A stretch of DNA of 6,776 nucleotides, taken from positions 1 to 6,776 of the forward strand of contig JBFESZ010000093.1 of assembly GCA_041548245.1 (NCBI GenBank), in the 5' to 3' direction. Position 1 is the stretch's first letter, and every line of letters starts with the position of its first letter. Of the stretch, positions 1 through 5,757 are shown piece by piece. The notes beneath the pieces are model-generated. The model ran no database searches. It was not told where the DNA came from and worked only from the letters and a program-made list of their open reading frames with translations. The position numbers and the translations under genes are program-made. This DNA comes from Sulfurimonadaceae bacterium. Lineage in GTDB: Bacteria; Campylobacterota; Campylobacteria; Campylobacterales; Sulfurimonadaceae.

Positions 1-216
1 AAAAAGACAGGGAACAGAGAAGATGCTAACTTCATCACTCGTATTACTGCATCTGTAAACGGTAAACTTGTATACGAAGTATCTACAAGTCAATTCCTTT
101 CTAAAAACCCTATCTTCAAGTTCCAGTTCAAAGGTGCTAACGCTGGCGATACTCTTGAGATGACGTGGGTTGACCGCAAAGGTAACACTGTTACTGACAA
201 AGCCCAAATCAAGTAA
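1..216 (+). CDS. soxZ: Thiosulfate oxidation carrier complex protein SoxZ, 3' part (5' end outside the window)
   Basis: Frame +1 is open from base 1 to TAA at 214-216 and reads KKTGNREDANFITRITASVNGKLVYEVSTSQFLSKNPIFKFQFKGANAGDTLEMTWVDRKGNTVTDKAQIK*. It has the SoxZ C-terminal signatures 'S-K-N-P-x-F-x-F-x-F-x-G' and 'G-D-x-L-x-x-x-W-x-D-x-K-G'. It is absent from the supplied ORF track because it has no start codon in the window. Confidence 0.92.
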   Translation, partial: KKTGNREDANFITRITASVNGKLVYEVSTSQFLSKNPIFKFQFKGANAGDTLEMTWVDRKGNTVTDKAQIK

Positions 217-232
217 TCCACTTGATCTTCCC

Positions 233-264
233 GAAGAAAGATGACATAAGTGCATCTTCTCTTC
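233..264 (+). terminator. Imperfect stem-loop downstream of soxZ (possible terminator or mRNA-stabilising hairpin)
   Basis: GAAGAAAGATG (233-243) can pair with CATCTTCTCTTC (253-264) with one bulge. There is no clear U-tract. A second perfect 7-bp inverted repeat, ATCAAGT-aatcc-ACTTGAT (208-226), spans the stop codon. Confidence 0.4.
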
Positions 265-370
265 AAAAACTCCATAACACACTTCAAAATAATTCAATAT
301 ATAATAAGTCTATACTCAAGTTATCTCAAAAAAAAGATTGTTTGATTGTAGACTCTGCTAAGGACAAGAA

Positions 371-817
371 ATGCACAAAAAAGAAGTAGGCCAAGTCGTA
401 AAAGTATTTATCTCGATTAAGGATGAAAATAACCAAACGAAGACAATCCTTAAAGATGAGATTTCATTGGATACACAAGGGGTTCAAGATGACAAATTCT
501 ATTCTAAAGATTCCATGCGCTCTATTCTGCTAAGCTCACTTGAGAGTTATGATATCGCAGAGAAAAATAATATAGCAATGCCATACGGTTCACTTGGGGA
601 AAACATACTCATGGATTATAATCCTTATCACTTGAACGTTGGGGACCAATTGCAAATCGGCGAAGTCATCCTGGAGATAACTCAAAACTGCACGCTCTGC
701 AAAGGGCTATCAAAAATAGATACTAAAGCTCCGAAGCTGCTAAAAGAGCATAGAGGTATCTTTGCCAAAGCTATTACCAATGGAACCATTCAATCAGGAG
801 AGAGCGTTTACATTTAA
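371..817 (+). CDS. Standalone MOSC domain-containing protein (YiiM-like), cytoplasmic
   Basis: 148 aa with MOSC motifs 'G-V-Q-D-D', 'R-S-I-L-L', 'G-S-L-G-E-N-I', 'L-x-V-G-D-x-L-x-I-G-E-V-I-L-E-I-T-Q-x-C-x-x-C' and 'R-G-I-F-A-K-A-I-x-x-G-x-I-x-x-G-E'. SD AAGGA at 361-365. No signal peptide. Confidence 0.88.
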   Translation: MHKKEVGQVVKVFISIKDENNQTKTILKDEISLDTQGVQDDKFYSKDSMRSILLSSLESYDIAEKNNIAMPYGSLGENILMDYNPYHLNVGDQLQIGEVILEITQNCTLCKGLSKIDTKAPKLLKEHRGIFAKAITNGTIQSGESVYI

Positions 818-844
818 TCATTAAGATTATCTAGATAAAAATAG

Positions 845-853
845 TGCTACAAT
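845..853 (+). promoter_or_regulatory. Putative extended -10 promoter element (TGcTACAAT) for the 926 gene
   Basis: TG-N-TACAAT at 845-853 with an AT-rich upstream region (TTAAGA at 821-826), which is the usual Campylobacterota primary-sigma promoter layout. It implies a start site near 860. Confidence 0.55.
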
Positions 854-925
854 TTCCACTTACATTTAAAAGCCCTGTAGTGTCAATGTAAGATTTACAC
901 TATAAAATTAACAAGAAGGAAACCT

Positions 926-1921
926 ATGAAAAAGATTTATACAATCTTAGTAAGTGCACTTGTCGCATTAACGTTTACAGCATGTGGTGGCAAGACTCCA
1001 GGTGTCGTCGGTGGTAATGATGGACAAGATATCCGAATCTTTACTGTTGCTAACCCGGACGGAAAAATCACAACTAAAACAATCGAAAAAGCTTTCGAAG
1101 AAGCTGGCTTTACTATTGATGGTAATAACAATATGAACGCTCCGTTCAAACCACGTTTTGGTTCAACTTATTATGAGACTTATCACCTTTTCACTGTGCA
1201 TAGCTCTAAACACGTATTAGCACTGGTTAAAGACTACCCAAGCATCGGTCTTCTTTCTCCACTAAGTATGTCTCTGTACTCTAATAGAGATGATGATATG
1301 TCAAACGGTAAAACAATGAGTATCTCATCATTGACGCTAAGAGGCATGTCTCGTATCACTGGTATTCCTATGGAGAACCCGGTTCTTATCTCATATGCAA
1401 AATTTTTAGAAGAGACTCTTGCAAAAGCACTTCCAGGTGGCCACTTTAAAGAGCTGAACTACGAAAAAGTGACTGATATGAGCCAAACGCTTGCGACATC
1501 ATTTGAAGTAGAGTTCGGTGGTGAAAGTGAAGATGAGATTCTTGGTGCGAAGGATGATTTCGAAGCTGAATTTGAAGGTGAAATGGAACCAATCGGTTTT
1601 CTTTTCCCAGGTTTTGTTGACTTCAAAAGTGAATTTGTAGAAGGTGGTTATGATGCATTTGACTATTATGACACTTACTCAGTTTGTAAGCTTGATGTCA
1701 TCTTTCCAATTCATCAGAAACACCCAGAAGTAGGTGCATTTGCTCCATGTACTTTCTATGTCTATAAAAAGAAAGATGAAACAACAACTAAAATGGGGTT
1801 CCCATCGGTTGATAACTGGATTAACTCAACAGATCTAGACATCACGGACACAGAAACTTTCGGTACATTGATCGAAGCACAAAAACTATTTGAAGATACT
1901 GTTAACGCAATTACACAGTAA
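926..1921 (+). CDS. Lipoprotein with two tandem DUF302-like domains
   Basis: Signal MKKIYTILVSALVALTFTA-C20 (lipobox FTAC) followed by a Gly-rich linker. Internal repeat: 'AGFTIDG...YPSIGLLSPLSMSLY' and 'IGFLFPG...YSVC254...HPEVGAFAPC275TFYVY'. The second copy matches the DUF302 pattern C-x~20-G-x-x-x-P-C-x-h-x-V-Y. SD AAGGA upstream. Confidence 0.8.
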   Translation: MKKIYTILVSALVALTFTACGGKTPGVVGGNDGQDIRIFTVANPDGKITTKTIEKAFEEAGFTIDGNNNMNAPFKPRFGSTYYETYHLFTVHSSKHVLALVKDYPSIGLLSPLSMSLYSNRDDDMSNGKTMSISSLTLRGMSRITGIPMENPVLISYAKFLEETLAKALPGGHFKELNYEKVTDMSQTLATSFEVEFGGESEDEILGAKDDFEAEFEGEMEPIGFLFPGFVDFKSEFVEGGYDAFDYYDTYSVCKLDVIFPIHQKHPEVGAFAPCTFYVYKKKDETTTKMGFPSVDNWINSTDLDITDTETFGTLIEAQKLFEDTVNAITQ

Positions 1922-1936
1922 GACCTTTCTAATAGA

Positions 1937-1962
1937 TATGCTACTTGGTAACAAGTAGCATA
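1937..1962 (+). terminator. Putative intrinsic terminator
   Basis: Perfect 11-bp stem TATGCTACTTG / CAAGTAGCATA with a GTAA loop, 15 nt after the 1921 stop. The U-tract is weak (CCCTTTCATT). Confidence 0.7.
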
Positions 1963-2013
1963 CCCTTTCATTATAAACTCCGTTTTTTATTTTCATACAT
2001 ATACAAAAGAAGC

Positions 2014-2019
2014 TATACT
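2014..2019 (+). promoter_or_regulatory. Possible -10 element (TATACT) for the 2077 gene
   Basis: gcTATACT follows an AT-rich tract and lies downstream of the 1937-1962 hairpin, about 57 nt before the ATG. Confidence 0.35.
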
Positions 2020-2076
2020 AATTGACTAAAATCATTTTATTTTCATTCTAGAAAATAAAATATCAAAAGGACCAAT

Positions 2077-3093
2077 ATGAAGTTTCTCTCAAAACTAATT
2101 ATCCCGGCACTGATGACTATCAGTCTTTTTGCAGCACCTCAAGATGGTGATGTCAAGTTTACTCCCTCTAACAACAAAGACTTAGCCGTTATCTATACTT
2201 TTGATGAGCCAAATGAGGATGAATTTTTTAAATTTGTGAAAGAAGACCTCTCAAAATTAGGTTTTTTCGTCAATGACCCTCACCACAATGTTCAGGCAGT
2301 TTATGAACAACGCTACGGTAAGACATGGCTGGAAAATATAGCATTCTCATCATTGGTTAATGACAAAGTTGTGCGCCCGCTTATCAATAAAGACCCGCGT
2401 ATTGGTGCGTTTACACCATTTAACCTCCTAACCTTTAGAAAAAAATCCGATAGTCTCACAACTATTGCACATATGACACCACAGGCTATGCTCGATATTC
2501 TTGAGATCAATGATCCTGAAATCACTGAACCGTTCATCAAAATGTTTGAACCACTTGATGCAGCCATAGCATCAAAGTTAGGTGGCAAGAAATCTTATAT
2601 CAAGCTTGAAGGGCGTGCAGAAGATACGATGCTTAACTTTGAGATCCCATTTGAAGAGCCTGAAGATATTGATGACTTTATGGATGAGTTTCAAGAGACT
2701 ATTGAGTCAGCTTTTGAAGCAAAAGAGTATATTATCGCCGGTTTTTATAACCTGAAAATGAGTCTTAACTCAGATGATGATGTCATGCCTGGCTATACTA
2801 CATTCTGGCTATTTGATCTGTGTCATATCGAATTCTCATACAATGTATTTGATGGTGAAAAAGCTGTACCCTTAGCAGGTGTATTTGCACCGTGTTCAAT
2901 GTATGTTTATGTTAAAGAGGGCGAGAATAAAATTGTCATAGGCTTACCGTCTCTTCGTGCATGGAGTGGTGCATTAGGCATTACAGAACCACAAAAATTG
3001 AAAATAATTGATCAACTTGATGCAGAGATCACAGAGACTATCCTTGAACTTGGCGGTAAAGTAACTCCAAATGGAAATCCATTAAAACAATAA
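2077..3093 (+). CDS. Periplasmic protein with two tandem DUF302-like domains
   Basis: Sec-type signal MKFLSKLIIPALMTISLFA. Domain 1 reads 'LGFFVNDPH...KDPRIGAFTPFNLLTF' and domain 2 reads 'YIIAGFYN...LC249H...AGVFAPC273SMYVYVKEGENKIVIGLP'. It is a clear paralogue of 926..1921 and 4525..5526. Confidence 0.8.
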   Translation: MKFLSKLIIPALMTISLFAAPQDGDVKFTPSNNKDLAVIYTFDEPNEDEFFKFVKEDLSKLGFFVNDPHHNVQAVYEQRYGKTWLENIAFSSLVNDKVVRPLINKDPRIGAFTPFNLLTFRKKSDSLTTIAHMTPQAMLDILEINDPEITEPFIKMFEPLDAAIASKLGGKKSYIKLEGRAEDTMLNFEIPFEEPEDIDDFMDEFQETIESAFEAKEYIIAGFYNLKMSLNSDDDVMPGYTTFWLFDLCHIEFSYNVFDGEKAVPLAGVFAPCSMYVYVKEGENKIVIGLPSLRAWSGALGITEPQKLKIIDQLDAEITETILELGGKVTPNGNPLKQ

Positions 3094-3100
3094 CCGCCTT

Positions 3101-3124
3101 TGTATAGAGTTTAAACTCTATACA
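3101..3124. terminator. Perfect 24-bp palindrome between convergent genes; probable bidirectional terminator
   Basis: TGTATAGAGTTTAAACTCTATACA equals its own reverse complement. It lies between the stops at 3093 (+) and 3156 (-). Confidence 0.7.
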
Positions 3125-3155
3125 CCTGCACTCAATGTCTACAATACGTATATTA

Positions 3156-3572
3156 CTATTCAGATTCTCTCAATTTGGCATAAAGCTTTGAATATTTCTC
3201 AACATCACTTCTGCTCGGTTTGACACGCACGGAGAGATAAGTCACTGTTCCATCAGCTGAAACTTTTCTAAGCGCTGTCGCATATACCCAATAGAACCCT
3301 CTATCTTTGCGTCTGTTCTTTACAAAACCTGTCCAGAACCCTTTTGATTGGATATCATCCCAAAGACCTTTAAAAGCAATCCTAGGCATATCTGGATGAC
3401 GCACAATATTATGCGGCTCGCCTATGAGTTCATCTAAATTGTAACCAGCTAATTCACAGAAAGTATCATTCGCATAAGTAATAATACCCTTTTCATCAGT
3501 TTCGCTAAGTATGTAAGAGCCCGCAGGGAAAAACCATTCATCAGTTGTAGAGTCTTTGTAGATATCACTCAT
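3156..3572 (-). CDS. Standalone PAS-domain protein, Aer/CetB-type (probable FAD-binding redox sensor)
   Basis: 'S-E-T-D-x-K-G-x-I-T-Y-A-N-D-T-F', 'P-H-N-I-V-R-H-P-D-M-P-x-x-x-F-x-x-L-W' and 'W-x-G-x-V-K-N-R-R-K-D-x-x-x-Y-W-V-x-A' match the N-terminal PAS domain of E. coli Aer. There is no transmembrane, HAMP or output domain. SD AGGA upstream on the minus strand. Confidence 0.9.
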   Translation of the reverse strand: MSDIYKDSTTDEWFFPAGSYILSETDEKGIITYANDTFCELAGYNLDELIGEPHNIVRHPDMPRIAFKGLWDDIQSKGFWTGFVKNRRKDRGFYWVYATALRKVSADGTVTYLSVRVKPSRSDVEKYSKLYAKLRESE

Positions 3573-3655
3573 AATAAATTCCTACCAATTAATAGCTATA
3601 TATAACTATATCCATAATAGAAGAAAAAAACAATTGAAAAGTAAAATTGAGATAT

Positions 3656-3695
3656 AAAAAGAAAGAAAAGTTCATCCGCCCGAAGGCAGATAAAC
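3656..3695 (-). terminator. Rho-independent terminator
   Basis: The minus strand reads GTTTATCTGCC-TTCG-GGCGGATGAAC (11-bp stem with two G-U pairs and a cUUCGg tetraloop), followed by TTTTCTTTCTTTTT, directly at the stop of 3695..4528. Confidence 0.85.
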
Positions 3696-4528
3696 TATTT
3701 AAAAGGCTTAGAAAGTTCTTTTTCAATTGCACCCGGGACAGTTGCAATCGTCATAAACTCTGTCATTGTAAGTTGAGGATAAGAAACAGCTAAATAGAAC
3801 TTGGCAGCCAATGAACGTGCTTCGTCATTCTCAATCAAGATCGTATACGGAAGGACACTTGCCTTATCGATGCCGATCTTCTCCACAAACTTTGCCGTAC
3901 GTTTGCTAAGGTCATATCCTAATAGATATTTTCCTTCAGCAATTTTCAATGTAAAAAGGTGAAGACTGCCCTTCTTATAAGACTCTGCTTTTTTAAGAAG
4001 CTCTGCTGTCTTTCCCTCTCCAATGAGATCACTGTCTTGATAGTAAGGCATACCTACCATAAAATGATAGTCAGCAAGTTCTTCATATTCCCATTTGTCA
4101 GAAGAAGGCTTTAGCCCTGTAAATACTTTCTCTAAATCAGTTTTTACACTGTTCAGAACTGCATAATCTGCATCATCCTGCATAAAAGCTCTGCCAAAGT
4201 ACTCCGGGTTTGAAACAGCAATCTGATTATTTGTCCCATCAACCAGAATACGTCCAATCGCAGCAAAACCACGCCCCTCTTTACTTGCCATCGTTTTCAA
4301 TGTAGCATTGGTAAAGATAACTGTCTCAAGCTTATTCTTTTTATTGACAAGATAAGACCCGATAACTTCAAATCCTGCATCATTCAATTTAGAACTAACC
4401 GTATCGGCTGTCATGGCAGGACCTATTAAATAAGCATGTACCTCTTTAGGCACTTCGCTAGCGTTAAGTGACTCTAAGCCACAAAGACTAGCGAAAAAGA
4501 AGACAAGTGCACTTAAAAGTTTTCTCAT
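3695..4528 (-). CDS. Exported hypothetical protein, possibly a distant DUF302-like fold without mature-chain cysteines
   Basis: 277 aa with signal-like N-terminus MRKLLSALVFFFASLCGLESLNA. 'KLNDAGFEVIG...VIFTN...RILV...IAVSNP' and 'ASVLPYTILI' echo DUF302 elements. Its start codon overlaps the upstream stop codon (ATGA, 4525-4528). Confidence 0.7.
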   Translation of the reverse strand: MRKLLSALVFFFASLCGLESLNASEVPKEVHAYLIGPAMTADTVSSKLNDAGFEVIGSYLVNKKNKLETVIFTNATLKTMASKEGRGFAAIGRILVDGTNNQIAVSNPEYFGRAFMQDDADYAVLNSVKTDLEKVFTGLKPSSDKWEYEELADYHFMVGMPYYQDSDLIGEGKTAELLKKAESYKKGSLHLFTLKIAEGKYLLGYDLSKRTAKFVEKIGIDKASVLPYTILIENDEARSLAAKFYLAVSYPQLTMTEFMTIATVPGAIEKELSKPFK

Positions 4529-5526
4529 TTTACTAATTTAGCGCCTATGCTTTCCATGATCTCAATGATCTCTTTGTCAAGCTTACGGATAGAAGCGATC
4601 TGTTTCTCATCTTTGATCCCGCCAGCTGCGATCCAGTTCTCTAGGTAAGGCATACCGATTTTAAGAACGTTTGAATCTTTTTCAACATACATATACATTG
4701 AACATGGAGCAAATGCACCTGCTTGCGCACTTCCGTGATTGAACACACCGTATGAGAAGAAAAAGTGACATAGTGAATAAACTGAATAAAAGTCATATTT
4801 GTCAAACTCTGCTTCTGCATCTCTGTAGTTTGCTGCAAAGTTTTTGTAACCCGCGATAATATATTTATTCTCTTCAAATGCTGCTTCAAACTCATCGCTC
4901 ATCCATGTATCAAGACCTGTAAAATCACCGTCAAGAATCATATCTTTTGTAACACCCTCTGGACGCTCAAATTCCATCTCGAATTCCATCAATGTTTTTG
5001 CCGGAAGTTTGTCAAAAGTAATGACCTCTTTCTTACCACCGATCTCTTGATCGACTAAAGCATCAAGTTCTTTGAATGATTCAACGAATGCACTGCGTAC
5101 TTCTTTGTCTTTAACACCAACGATGTCAAGCATAACTTCCGGATTGACATGACCAACACGTGTTACATCCTCATTTGCATATTTGTAAACATGTAAGTTA
5201 AATGGGGAAAAACCACCAAGACGAGGCTCTTTTAGAAGAAGTGGACGAAGTGCTTCATCATTTGCAATTGAGAAGAAACCCAAGTTGTCAAGTGTTCTGT
5301 TATAACCAGGTTCTGAGCTGTATTTTGTCGCATATGCGTCATTGATTCTCTCATGTGGATCAGAAAGAACAAATCCGATATCCTGGATTTTTTCATTGAT
5401 CATAGTGTTATAGGCTTCTTCTTTGTCGCCTTTTGCTGCGTTGAAATAAATACCGTCTTGTGCGATAACTGCACTACTTGCCAGTAGTAAACTAAGTGCT
5501 ACGTTTTTAATCGTTTTTGTAAACAT
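4525..5526 (-). CDS. Periplasmic protein with two tandem DUF302-like domains
   Basis: Sec-type signal MFTKTIKNVALSLLLASSAVIA. Domain 1 reads 'IGFVLSDPH...KEPRLGGFSPFNLHVY' and domain 2 reads 'YIIAGYKN...SLC253H...AGAFAPC275SMYMYVEKDSNVLKIGMP'. SD AAGGAAG upstream. Confidence 0.8.
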   Translation of the reverse strand: MFTKTIKNVALSLLLASSAVIAQDGIYFNAAKGDKEEAYNTMINEKIQDIGFVLSDPHERINDAYATKYSSEPGYNRTLDNLGFFSIANDEALRPLLLKEPRLGGFSPFNLHVYKYANEDVTRVGHVNPEVMLDIVGVKDKEVRSAFVESFKELDALVDQEIGGKKEVITFDKLPAKTLMEFEMEFERPEGVTKDMILDGDFTGLDTWMSDEFEAAFEENKYIIAGYKNFAANYRDAEAEFDKYDFYSVYSLCHFFFSYGVFNHGSAQAGAFAPCSMYMYVEKDSNVLKIGMPYLENWIAAGGIKDEKQIASIRKLDKEIIEIMESIGAKLVK

Positions 5527-5554
5527 TTCTCTTCCTTTTGGAAATTTGTCTTTT

Positions 5555-5563
5555 ATTCTAACA
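5555..5563 (-). promoter_or_regulatory. Putative extended -10 promoter element (TGtTAGAAT) for the 5526 operon
   Basis: The minus strand reads TGTTAGAAT, 28 nt upstream of the ATG at 5526. Confidence 0.55.
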
Positions 5564-5722
5564 TATCAAGGGTAAACAAATTTCATTAATATAAGCATCG
5601 GCTTCGAATATTTTACCATTGGTAACAAATGAAACACCCATACAATGCATCTGTCTGCTATCAATGTCATTGTGTATTAAAACGAAAGATTGTGAAAGGA
5701 TTGTGGAAATTTATTTATAATC

Positions 5723-5743
5723 TACTACCCCAAATGGGTAGTA
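5723..5743 (-). terminator. Stem-loop downstream of the FadL-like gene (putative terminator or stabiliser)
   Basis: TACTACCC-caaat-GGGTAGTA is a perfect 8-bp inverted repeat 14 nt after the stop at 5758. There is no strong U-tract on the minus strand. Confidence 0.55.
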
Positions 5744-5757
5744 AAGAAAAACTATTC

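Noticed and set aside
90..287. 65-aa minus-strand ORF
   Set aside because: Antisense shadow of the soxZ 3' end and its downstream hairpin, with no recognisable motif.
328..335. A8 run upstream of the MOSC gene as a phase-variation tract
   Set aside because: Short and expected in AT-rich intergenic DNA.
937..1149. 70-aa minus-strand ORF
   Set aside because: Lies fully antisense within the lipoprotein gene and has no independent coding signals.
1762..1971. 69-aa minus-strand ORF
   Set aside because: Antisense to the 3' end of 926..1921 and runs through its terminator hairpin.
2313..2588. 91-aa minus-strand ORF
   Set aside because: Antisense shadow of 2077..3093, with the Ser/Ile-rich composition expected from reversed codons.
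4481..4483. Cys16 of the 277-aa protein as a lipobox
   Set aside because: The context A-S-L-C has Leu at -1, which is a poor lipobox. An SPI-like L-N-A site follows at residues 21-23.
4641..4895. 84-aa same-strand alternative-frame ORF
   Set aside because: Nested in the conserved domain 2 of 4525..5526, whose main frame is intact, so there is no sign of a frameshift.
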